Assembly (NCBI GenBank): GCA_002441245.1
Contig: DJVP01000008.1
Location: 234,540 to 298,539, forward strand
DNA length: 64,000 nucleotides
Reading direction: 5' to 3'
From: Candidatus Omnitrophica bacterium UBA6253
GTDB taxonomy: Bacteria; Omnitrophota; Gorgyraeia; Gygaellales; Profunditerraquicolaceae
Position 1 is the first letter of the stretch. Every line of letters starts with the position of its first letter. Positions 61,401 through 64,000 of this stretch are shown here, piece after piece. Position numbers and translations under genes: made by a program. Under the pieces are notes generated by a model that was not told where the DNA came from, did no database searches, and saw only the letters and a list, made by a program, of their open reading frames with translations.

Positions 61401-64000
61401 GTAATTATAGGTATGCTTATAAAACTGAAGCGAGTGTATTCGTTAAAGTTGTACAAGTATTGGGAATAGCGGTTATTGCCCTGTTGTTGTTCTTTATGGG
61501 TTACAAGTATGTTAGCTATATATCCAGCCAGGACAAAATAGCCCTTAAGACTTTTGATGTTATGCAGGCACATACAAAACAAGACAGGAGCATAAGAGAG
61601 TTTGCAAGGGAGTTCTTCCGCTTGTTTGACAATATCGAGTTTTCCGATGGGTTGGAGTTCGGATTGATTTCAAGCCTGGTGGAGCCGTTAGAGAAGCTAA
61701 AGATGAACAGGAGCCTGGTAATAAAAGAAGCCAATGCTCATAGCATAGATCCTAATCTGCTTGCGGCTATCCTGACAGCCGAAAGGCTTGATATGAACCC
61801 ATTGAAGCGCGCCGCAGATTTTACTATTTTTGTCCGGTCGAAGACTTCAGGCGGCTGGGGCCAGGTAAGGCCTGAAACAGTCAGGTTCCTTATAAGCAAT
61901 GGAAGGATTGATAAAAAGTACGCGGCGTATAGCAGCTACAAGCTCGCTGAGGAAATAAAGAATAATGATCAATTCAATGTAATGTGCGTTGCGGCATATT
62001 TGAAGTTCTTGGTTGATGAGGCAGAAAAGATCCAGGGATCAGGCGACCGTTATGAGTTTATGAAGAAGGTGGCCGCAGGCTATACCGCAGACTGGCGCAG
62101 GATGAAAGAGGGTTTATTACAGCCTCCTTTCGATGCTAAAGAATATAAAGAAAAAACAGGAATTGATTCCAGCCGGGCGCAGGCCGCGGTTTATGCTGAG
62201 CTTGTTGCGGCCTTATATAGGCTAATTGAGAAAAATGACTTAACCGGTACTTCCAGCCCGGTTACAAAATCCGAAGATCCACGCATTAATAATTTAAGAA
62301 GGGATTTGAATTCTGACAACAGGTTAATCCGTACCCGCGCAATTAATAATATAAGAGATTACAATTTAGCGAATATCTTCGTGGAAGAACTGCTTGCTTT
62401 AATCCGTGAGCAGGAGGAAGCGAGCAGGTATAATTTAACCAGCAGGGAAGGCAAGGAATGGTTCCATGTTAAGATGTTCGCGATTCAGGCGCTGGTCAAT
62501 TTAGATGAGAAGGTGATAGGGCGCGCTAAGTTTGAAGAAGTTTTAGGGGTTATTAACAGCCAGCATGGCATTGGAAGCGAAGCCGGATGCGTAAAGGTGA
62601 TGGCGAAAGGCGCGTATCAGTTACTGACTGAAGCCAGGAATGGTACTTCCAGCCCGGTTGCAGCGCAAATTTTGATTGTAGATGACGAAGAGATGCAGCG
62701 TGATTTAGTCAGGATGGTTCTTGAGATGGCAGGTTATAAGGTAGAAGAAGCGGTAAATGGAAAAGAAGGTTTAGAGAAATTTAAGGCAGGAAAGTTTGAC
62801 TTAGTGGTGACGGATAATCGTATGCCTGAGATGTGCGGTACGGTTTTAATCGGGGAATTGCTCAAGATTAATCCTGAATTGCCGATTATATTTATGAGCG
62901 GCACAGAGATAGTAACTGAAACTCAACGCATAAAGAATGTCAGCAAGCCGTATAATATTGGCGTATTTACTAAGAAAGTTGCGGAATTATTAGCGTTGGC
63001 TCAATCTTCCTCTAGCCCTGTGGGCGCCGCGGTTACTACGGTTTTGAAATGGCTGGTTTTAAGGAGCGAACAGACCTCTGGCGTAATTAATAGCAGAGAG
63101 TTAGCGCTGTATGCCGGTATATCCCAGGATGAGGTCGCGAGGCTGGTTAAGCAGGTTAATGATTCAGGCAAGGTCAGGTTAATCTCTAAGGACGCAACGA
63201 ATTGGAGAATAGAGGTGGTTTCCTCCAGCCCGATCTCCCTTAAGAATTCCGGAGCAGAGGAGTTACGCGCGGCGCTAAAGAATTGGGCGGCAAGCAATAA
63301 ATTTGAATTTCTCTTCCAGGATACAGTTTGGCAATTAACTAATCCCGGCATACTTCGTAAGATAGAAAAGGCCGGTGAATTAGCCGGGTTTATTTTATAC
63401 TTTGCAAGCAATTATATATCTATAAAGTCGTTTATTGTTGCCCCGGGCATGAGGGGCCAGGGGATAGGCACAGAGGTTATGAATTTAATTGTCAGCGAGA
63501 ATCCTAATAAGGACATTGTTACTGATCCTTTGAGCCAGGCAGCGGTCAATTTCTATAAGAAGCTTGGATTTAAAGAAGATTTTGGCGGTAATTACGTAAG
63601 GCCTGCCGGAGTAACCTCCAGCCCGGCAGTTGCTCCTGATTTTAAGCATAAATTAACAGAGGTATTAGCCGCGTTAGGGATTAACCAGGAATCAGTGGTC
63701 AATAGCTTTGACAGGGTGATGTTAAGAGGTGAAAGAAACTATTATCCGGATGGGTTATTTAAAGATAATGCAGCGTATTTACAGTGGGTATCAGAGGCAG
63801 TGAGTTTTCTTGCCAGAGACGGCAGGCATTTGCCTATATTGAGGATGCTTATTTCATCGCTTTACCCGGAATTTGATCTATCAAAAATTCCCGGACAAAA
63901 TATGTATGCCTGCCCTGCTAACGCTTTACTTGGCTATATCTTTATGGCCCTTAAGTTTGCACCACGTAATATTGCCGCGCTTGCCTACTATAATGAGAAT
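40499..64000 (+). CDS. giant multi-domain protein, 3'-partial: one open reading frame of at least 7,834 codons running off the window end
   Basis: ATG at 40499 sits directly after an in-frame TAA (40493-40495), with an AGGT SD-like element upstream. I checked frame 2 (positions = 2 mod 3) by hand at the start, 40861, 41101, 41941, 45541, 47881, 54421, 56461-56521, 60541-61380, 61741, 62641, 63361 and 63901-64000 and found no stop. The ORF track lists no frame-2 ORF on the + strand anywhere in 40.5-64 kb, which it would if a stop existed. Only short antisense or off-frame ORFs occur there. Confidence 0.8.
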   Translation, partial: MDKLQKQTEGQFEQPETKPEFKSSFKAWIRVVAFIVVAVFLPEQVAQAVEYDWRILWNKPVTGSIAPSYLKDLSGIDTALAIRNILKDIANKPITAIKISSNLTIGLDKPLEMSNQKIDEIFQWLKGRPCGSKALYDYLNYTGLKVTEQDIAILALTIDILNDVVKPEGNPEVIKTSLYALSKTSEFFGQRLYSVKLDLNNLDKKIDLTPFIAHVNGDHYVLVTHISQDKVYFSDNHTEEFLPKEKFLNEFTGYALISKPMSVDLEISVSQAKAVLGSGRNPGRYSNSVNWSKWSKNMTTSILVNLGMNMVSSSLSGGWKNIPSKLYDNFGSSIVSGVKSMAVSYAVQSYVQGVAMENNWSSDKAALVGSALGGFAAGLTTSIGAMSGKPSLKLSNWTGGALGNAFLGGVTTAISQATATRVYLSLYDKNDTRTNATAQIGSLAAGLLMMQASKSLVPGAFGIDSSSLTKSKAPFNLGDFWKNNRTTIFSGVGGAALGAALYSNNRVAGALIGAGVGAGAGYLVSNRAVVLDTIKNNAMPMLIGGVAGAAMGAFTGSDGSERAISALAGFGLGATSGLLIKKYDFSVMGGVSGALAGYMYGGDETKDRLRSAALGFVGGTAVGAFVNIIDDMEKRPYMEKGLKSHLTEAGKTSPDGKEFLGYAEGSDKLKEYANREYKFEQGTSYGDIMKYITVKSGAILLEEGFRSMKYDKVKKEGESRGLKDTDLDDYIGDEMGKYEIYYSGLGAGYEILGTTSYSSKDKWYTMLGQGLLQGGVSVGVAMLRNKLVNNYGIDPVTASNATMWVSAAGRALTDTLIHGDSFYYNSDEKTGELKERPGFGGYIQQGTNKALNFGWGAKDKMSDVITYNNYVTQIVNFGQRAANSANGGFAVVYGQHLADSFHYSTVENSLGLINNSYIVAKIITGQAYERVRGNMSELASGAKSDTEVDFTLKLKLFGKKIFEDGELLSKAPQQENLKTKIDGIVFNKDEGYRLITNIDKPGEGIYYYETQRESNSSPLPEKNRALTNTDVYAISVPIPGIEDKAYGKLYKGVFEVDYLGQDSNGRASFLGLAGAPGSKVTLDLNTAVLSPALTAKIQPLIAGNHEGKITITTTRDNNITLSFGKAGADNKLVAENTATISRAELAEFKQALAPWRDYRGAGFSEIVAQDKKVSHVNSPTGFLTNGLMVNSSPLELNNVKINGTLSHQIESAKIEMWQSLDNSNKWNIHPLTNLLTVATISGGVSLLPEKADSLYFYKQADRSRFGILLNVQNGIGVNSFFSAANSQEAKVNKPNILDYKYNFFGEGAQSSLFGFNGLTQKSPFGYFAYNYQDSIKVKDELDLLAKEKEPAETPISGELTSTFIQTNGSFDKQTETFKVDNAMIMPGSTLQIELGQDQDGKWRATSLHEADKAKFSNFLTAQLPAKFEKAVKENKLTNYIVEIQRIKPGEYNVNFFKNSADREAIRQIGTNSPLVMKIDEADLNDLVKAGVPIGDNLLFNVQGTINYKRNNEGNYVSDIIYQQKNLEQPALVMPTKATSIEAKAAGVSGGEGVVNVKLFTFNQITYNAEKNSNTFSLYPLALLQGEGTLSSTYLNNMNKTPIDSVFFNIKSPSLAPEMGVIARVTRGTDDTIFHNRNLAPTPTSSGAATSTTQANESAIPTRAPLTDLNVIKTHSDAVIELGKGTNLQMLLGVTEINGVQVWQAQSMAGFIGNTITLQKDTSVVWGETLSYKGKEKDVFATFHIGEEKRDGKLVPIIDRVTSKINFERKDIAIGDKDVTLLGTLQQGKNRKVEQKFEKIKFGDREYGIKMQVNDGFLIKGAQSKFYIIGKGFQNEAKITTEDGRTFTLKAGKSAGISVFDETGKKQVGALTDKGIVFFEIDKIRASMQELAGFFEKSEASGADFDKARNIFGRARKAFNEGDYVNAIDALNKASKEATRQQNKNLMEQLRTQNLIPAGYSLDKDAQNGYKQLAAIVEEYKKNGGPSTVREQVKERLRRDISVLENEQRSLVASSADKTEVDLAARKIAKAKEALGLLESSDPQKTTQLTRRVKDLESAFVSQETKWRNELARNGDMPDQGIWAGIWGAVAVNRDDSIREERDRRAVDLTYARVALIGLTATGAKDLYDLASKINSELKMEDRGTARRHETEMSAVKVDANALSLIMNKKAVVEETFLIKDVGYVTRGYDEKGNPYEVLTELAALKYDGGRYAPKYAVKVIDLESGGHITVKQEAFGRTRVYNDQGGEIMGNVVAKTTQVKENDNVIGNMQKVVTPSGEIKFIFQSKDSSIGTQTVAAKEVIFEQSQVDRMSFNLPNGKELFVAADGKVMNGFEEYNAKNYEAADDVQENTYFRYGNRDMYSGVTFGHFSNSSDLKRDLEIALRSTGTGQISQDRLANVFGDAIETKYISRVNSLAVQAGLNTMDSSSPEYAAVYKRIQRIALGELYREPAVREYMSKTNLAPVAFVDDAITWGSTAKVGGGVGLVVGGTVVAVTGVGSAPGGGMAAAGLTTLGIVGSAAAITTGNALIYNGITGQNISSNILLGDFAVNLVTAGLASWAKVITVGTVAANATRAEIMTAKVLGYAKTAPTIGIITENVVNTGSILYSGEYMSPAGRLGIFATAGMGQYVFASKTAMTIMGVSSAVGIADTIIPLHQYIGVASNITGTVAAPYRGIVRAIGSYYDNPDAAPGWISRVYKNQAAEKGAWVSSFGSGVISSMGWFGVSAAQSFLQARSGSYLMQFTLRPHEPVMSIIHLASILNSDTSGNSKFTMMDGFELAGNFAGGFAGLKGVSLPKTGSLSQTGRINGLIDDLKASNSFFASAVDIAPKMYLGQVGFTIATSAVKSLAGSQSWSSIFNSLSGQTDSLWSSSIGFGVYAKAVVPQVKSIISKSALAKSPITSSLAIGGVSGGMATFIDYANHSISNFFSDKKDSSYSLTRGAIVFATAFLAGSALAYGRSKLASTGKASWLTSEYASYPAITGLSSLAGASAGNTFARDGYQANLWASALVPATLTLMAKISSNMDAAKVNPIESGQAPAFWKTLVNRVNPAGKFERLTVDGKLGGYKWGLNLKGTVPVTAVGLSLLVENVPLPKEYNAWRTVASTTLRTIALIHVGLGLEGKRGGSSGLSAAWYRMKVNGAPDAFLRKASWAKGTWDWSGVASNASVLGSAGALAWLMNSKSISENTKTSLIVASIAALALGMGGYKQSFKSLVKPIWTDNIIAKNGRILKLNEAGKPVRTELTASAFSRFLYSNPVAKVGLSRGAVWGGISTYAVLGPDKLPVVGFEKKHIVVALMATALLGPGIKPGLAQLGRAYNLLKGETTFETVNGKLVIKTAGPGVLAYDIAKTALPTIPSIAIGMAAMPDLQNLVHSLSDTSFNNLLKSTFNLDDVKQQYIQLGCGTEADFQNKSFTQVQAEMMVKQIEVQKAASSNKDEIDKLEDSRKYYSGVVERGETGWNSAFMWQLRANSANEGAKVALWFGPSLYFIKPFLEVGLRRIPVVGDMQAFMGEGMGKKGMGDSLTWFKTDSKLGNVIHGTIGRIESIIMEEQVRENVFDTFFKMPLKQSGFEPASPTDTKRYAFQQQLFENLQESNERSGALSISAMNTRVINVMISQGATLMVAPESSVSNGAEIDAINQDFKNGNSAQALQRLSQLPEGSSVRIHVTTGNGFLPVGLYEFKVENEAEWAQPLQIRAQAETFQQQLVAGQISALELAQIAEGATAVTGNSVGNIAPSINRDAARYTLAQAISADAVPLLVDQQQPGKIIFTDSNNQQNTVTVSAQNLMPFIQERRAYDTNFDAGVRQAHQQYRAQVIFPAQATAPVSNLFNFVNTNSTIATVPSQNLNNQRLDTLRLNTLDASERFYNLHSQMIATNDWLMESDLHRSGRVFGSFTAEGKIDKAAKKLAYENQLHKFGADITSGTQKALVAVQALLGFGLGAQIKQQVTQEKRLTAEAGLREIVKKLDSLKAAKGNLPAYRTALVDTFGFTAENVKKLSDEALQMQYDFHLMALKAQHKQIKSFNKKLVSSRGNLRSLLVADFRQNQANLQELSTLLAEAGVSQDILGADFSAGISKDYKGRNARVFVSENSVVKVFDLSSLPEDARDRARIKIEDRYRRGLNGLSVAGAVTRSGNNLIITQARVTTVAEEMMKLHAAGKLAEMNTLLEKLAQLGQDLSAQGYQWSPATSGNMLDNLGLDDQGNITVVDLSAIQTTANPDDAQAIWVARLKQDAGTYSTERLSASKATINAFDTYFNTHSAMVTRGEQLLAPFVKGNVRIDSSNIVGLNPALTTGVENVVNAAVKKVLGKDSDLRGLQVNFMPFAGDLQFEWDVNADGGLTLSLNPAVLANPELLEAVVEHAFDKRSNRQFAADRALDFMTRLRHVSGGIITAPLINLNSWLTTSQVNRLTFTEIGQRAGDLAQALGLPIDLLTRRLPHTAVGAIVNAFDINNHARQSLNTQFRLRAEAALAPMIRFWAGTNWGQRFDTMDYRAQGISQHAIDPFILSQKTLGEIFELDANGQVIGIKNIDARAQSFTAASQKAVAVRLPALFEETKKSLLKNAQQLGLSTEAQTKLRALTIEQVLGANKGDWANKVQIRIALPEELDHMGFGETKQGSRQIWVNSRFIDLETGEISKELLNDVLAHEATHVIADLIASELTAQTGSPVNTGIAIGQEGNESLVDKIAGNKRSNLGNHLYINLGRLRNIGNAGGFGNVGGGTPGLGDGVGGTAGGVGVNSGASIPEVEPPEIEIPKVEPTKVEEPAPSPVVEETLSSSSSKLNKAIAALAASLIKAKNYVTSFHPVDRLVNLVKGIRNSISNALNARFERIKQQAAETPAVLVPVEQLEIKKVDNQEAVEVLSIADIHGSPIEGQSLTTGIIDANGLTPKYKVEVEDVTYYLSAPYDLGGGRIAVLAFLREGDRFVARTYYRSNSAVEFRYLPNYTYNEELKEIVHYDKGFGEDSLGVPYQVQEALAKVKEQEKLINIEDSAIRDLVFAGTARQKIEGGTYVGFMGRAKIEVPGNFHTGLRNKRGSEEKVSPHQVGFDNPEDAPDYSRLLTTYTTNTNTYGDITVEVFPSKNGLHKYSIFRDSLGRIWFGHVENGAKINSMGIRGNWLDLGDLNTPAFEYAQQADGYGNFDLSKGNYVDMFKNYLSKIPVIQEYMKVRMGASSPVVHEQRSEIIVNALKAFLGASSVNTIGGQGIGKAPGNSSSPIKAIARFMVLPLLAMGLSLAAPSLTIAQSYQPAKQGVVAEAKSINVKQFKGIKIAGFSAEDSTAIVKSLKEINDRAPLFLQLARRAGLEFVSIKGHGLQFTAGQLEGSQVKLYDGNWQLNKDLTGFISHEVGHLVYNKLNSNGQLGEALKAIEKKYGVDEATTGVDSAGRKFMIVFGGKNGVYGGSYEFMNKYNPIPFGSVNTDELAAEIFRMRVKPVAGFEENSFLQELNGVIEEYLKGPSGSSSPIQLPGEDRQGEPVRGQSPALPLVPGQIPVPGVNGGALGAVIGGLSMTTAVASSPIDLAVPVLATGRVNLGNIRAQVPIIDGTVTAHGPPAVNTTISLSKIGREINARGKSGILVVVSSSVVKADAQSATFGNEERGQGAEGASSNIGNAAVKAVRSTDSRVMPGNSIGNKIARIISRITYAQSATSRNGERRQDTKDVSGNKANTAVKAVRSIVPQAADVAADSVISNEIDAENASVPTFPRSVSVSSSPVETNGNGRTLFGRLSAFLSNGRSAKKVLTVEEIFHLLTRLQAQKLYRNQQKRGLDVPEKDNYDMSSQQIKVSVSDRLKEQLEDYSDSRLGKWFNAANLSDTELSSMDIEDVETLLDRGLRRAAELITELGRVSEFKVQEGGLTAADVERIIETKIGGIIDAKIAPIAKLAQEADLKATDARKRTGAEDCLIGAITDKEVREESDRRLRIEAGVEFGPYVVKDLYTGLQIINQVYDEFIAKYEKEGNQKKADALRDEKLAAIKANETMAVDILNKYAGRISILAPLDNNQYHVLQVMSYDAETGEILYVEDNGQGNSTGYGKIVLDKIAKINGEYVFIVQESVVKEAELKDNLLSDEEQKEIKNVGGTGSTGSGSSNGGSSGGAQGGTGSGAAGAGQGGSSPAGAGSGINGLVDDDDYLDNRLSRSSTLYIGSTDPLSAQNVQPESRAPPAGEQAYPSTLTNSSITDASIQKSSQEVYSQSETVLGLVSAAGNNTSTTLDSLTEEQEAAVRLLNRFIRSPIMDNLARREEEDYMVVILDKLLKAIKTRGLDLHGRYFRAARLIAYRFGLPYSSMIQLATAFILLNETDSFIEALKEEQSIRAELAAVNTKGTTEAVEAVSAEPEKTAVNFDLLANIRTILASVSKLIKENINLLPGNVQPASSPVKKLDVVFYSSERADRNGTFSNLLDLARDLGQRVYDLAFRLQQFTNDRPEDLIVVDERGSRLEIISSEEEISEHGVILISGSSADNDEATQENIANSFAKVFPQANRILAPRVPAGARSVFDADAEALVSSQSNDQNAGSLAVQDATTVQAEKEAVNVIGAVDKEVSVNNREVHQAESKIVKEIVKAGNIYQEAKLALAKVLGKVLHVVSEKVLGAIASLKQVASFINGSAHKDGIPFTTTLPVNVANAVVDFTFVIKAANNRFAQQGLVAALKNLEVSSPVEAEREAHVELLKRKSEGIGTAISIKAPPVYSPVKFNAGSVKRVGITKGGTNGNHTENSGNERSNRRVGESVQYKTVTGNERSSNSGINEYEKRLSYETELKGRLYTFNIGKADQAKLGVHPVRAPPYAAFVAKLHNSALSRTFNSNNPLNLNQPHSLSVAGESFAANVVKGGARTLLRGLTLLVTALTTIIGGALCALSRLMRSGLTTSLTSLRTTLPLQPRVKTAAGISGYSSLMMLPVRFMPVTAALTVGKSSSALNASLSVSRLLKQEVLAFQSIELTQNTINEEILASSSPVRDYANKNYLRSGARRNYRYAYKTEASVFVKVVQVLGIAVIALLLFFMGYKYVSYISSQDKIALKTFDVMQAHTKQDRSIREFAREFFRLFDNIEFSDGLEFGLISSLVEPLEKLKMNRSLVIKEANAHSIDPNLLAAILTAERLDMNPLKRAADFTIFVRSKTSGGWGQVRPETVRFLISNGRIDKKYAAYSSYKLAEEIKNNDQFNVMCVAAYLKFLVDEAEKIQGSGDRYEFMKKVAAGYTADWRRMKEGLLQPPFDAKEYKEKTGIDSSRAQAAVYAELVAALYRLIEKNDLTGTSSPVTKSEDPRINNLRRDLNSDNRLIRTRAINNIRDYNLANIFVEELLALIREQEEASRYNLTSREGKEWFHVKMFAIQALVNLDEKVIGRAKFEEVLGVINSQHGIGSEAGCVKVMAKGAYQLLTEARNGTSSPVAAQILIVDDEEMQRDLVRMVLEMAGYKVEEAVNGKEGLEKFKAGKFDLVVTDNRMPEMCGTVLIGELLKINPELPIIFMSGTEIVTETQRIKNVSKPYNIGVFTKKVAELLALAQSSSSPVGAAVTTVLKWLVLRSEQTSGVINSRELALYAGISQDEVARLVKQVNDSGKVRLISKDATNWRIEVVSSSPISLKNSGAEELRAALKNWAASNKFEFLFQDTVWQLTNPGILRKIEKAGELAGFILYFASNYISIKSFIVAPGMRGQGIGTEVMNLIVSENPNKDIVTDPLSQAAVNFYKKLGFKEDFGGNYVRPAGVTSSPAVAPDFKHKLTEVLAALGINQESVVNSFDRVMLRGERNYYPDGLFKDNAAYLQWVSEAVSFLARDGRHLPILRMLISSLYPEFDLSKIPGQNMYACPANALLGYIFMALKFAPRNIAALAYYNEN
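40800..41280 (+). other. papain-like (C39-like) cysteine peptidase-type domain inside the giant ORF
   Basis: QWLKGRPCGSKALYDYL has Gln 7 residues before Cys (Cys codon 40886-40888). ...AHVNGDHYVLVTHISQDKVYFSDN has the His codon at 41153-41155 followed by Asp. The order Cys, His, Asp is as in C39/transglutaminase-like folds. Confidence 0.5.
54437..54451 (+). other. HExxH motif (HEATH) inside the giant ORF, candidate zinc-metallopeptidase site
   Basis: cat gaa gca acc cat, in frame 2. Context: NDVLAHEATHVIADLIAS. Confidence 0.4.
56528..56542 (+). other. second HExxH motif (HEVGH) inside the giant ORF
   Basis: cat gaa gtt ggg cat, in frame 2. Context: LTGFISHEVGHLVYNKL. Confidence 0.4.
57256..57521 (+). 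repeat. intragenic imperfect direct repeat, two copies of ~100 nt with 169-nt period
   Basis: gcccagagtgcaacct and cggctgtcaaggccgtacgcagca recur at 57256/57425 and 57329/57498. The minus-strand antisense ORF 56887-57522 shows the same duplication. Confidence 0.6.
62669..62998 (+). other. CheY-like receiver (REC) domain embedded in the giant ORF
   Basis: ILIVDDEEMQRDLVRMVLEMAGYKVEEAVNGKEGLEKFKAGKFDLVVTDNRMPEMCGTVLIGELLKINPELPIIFMSGTE...SKPYNIG. All canonical positions are present: the DD pair, the phospho-acceptor Asp, Thr and Lys. Confidence 0.7.
63250..63600 (+). other. GNAT-type N-acetyltransferase domain embedded in the giant ORF
   Basis: FIVAPGMRGQGIGTEVMNLIV is motif A (R-G-x-G-I-G). 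AAVNFYKKLGFKED is motif B. Confidence 0.55.

Noticed and set aside
41308-63411. Numerous minus-strand ORFs across 41-63 kb, for example 48760-49239, 49693-50220, 53272-53736, 56230-56679 and 56887-57522 (211 aa).
   Set aside because: They are antisense to the giant ORF. GC-rich Gly/Ala codon runs on the sense strand leave antisense frames stop-poor. Their low-complexity translations (Ala/Leu/Pro/Thr-rich) and the mirrored internal repeat in 56887-57522 fit artefacts.
40499-64000. My initial suspicion that the long reading frame switched frames, implying several genes or frameshifts, at about 45.6 kb and 56.5 kb.
   Set aside because: Re-indexing the sequence lines showed the ATG is at 40499 (frame 2), not 40500. 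The codons at 45541 onward, 56522 onward and 63959 onward are all in frame 2. The apparent TGA at 56540 came from mis-copying a line. The frame is continuous.
1-64000. Scan for CRISPR arrays, rRNA genes and intact IS elements.
   Set aside because: I saw no regularly spaced short direct repeats, no rRNA-like conserved segments and no intact transposase with terminal inverted repeats. The only mobile-element trace is the RAYT/IS200-like pseudogene at 39021-39593.

Overview
This is an AT-rich bacterial window with tight, operon-like gene packing and many strong AGGAGG ribosome-binding sites. It contains four blocks. (1) Positions 7-17376 hold a same-strand cluster encoding seven radical SAM enzymes: four class B enzymes with an N-terminal B12-binding domain and three with a C-terminal SPASM (auxiliary Fe-S cluster) domain. 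With them are two GT2 glycosyltransferases, a large GT-C-like membrane protein, a NodB-type polysaccharide deacetylase, two membrane-anchored SGNH/GDSL hydrolases and a DUF5989-like mini membrane protein. This looks like a glycan- or lipid-modification locus of unknown product. (2) Positions 17.5-22.3 kb hold a secreted TPR protein, a minus-strand FIST / sensor histidine kinase / REC-GGDEF-like operon, and a tRNA-Glu. (3) Positions 22.4-38.9 kb hold a Tad/Flp (type IVc) pilus locus: a PrsA-like PPIase lipoprotein, CpaB, a CpaC secretin fused to a TonB C-terminal domain, a fused CpaE-CpaF ATPase, DUF192, a coiled-coil protein with an HTH-like N-terminus, seven tandem Flp-type pilin genes, several pilin-like minor-pilin candidates (TadE/TadG-like), and TadB and TadC. 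(4) After a degenerate IS200/RAYT-like transposase pseudogene and a ~0.9 kb AT-rich non-coding region with a near-consensus sigma70 promoter, one uninterrupted ORF starts at 40499 and is still open at the window end. That is at least 7,834 codons in reading frame 2 (positions = 2 mod 3). It has an N-terminal membrane anchor, a papain/C39-like Cys-His-Asp domain, glycine-zipper hydrophobic tracts, two HExxH motifs, a lytic-transglycosylase-like segment, and a C-terminal string of small domains (HEAT-like, CheY-type receiver, winged-HTH-like, GNAT) separated by a recurring SSSP[V/I] junction motif. The giant mosaic ORF next to the Tad pilus locus is the most unusual element, followed by the radical-SAM-rich glycan cluster. 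I found no CRISPR array, no rRNA and no intact mobile element.
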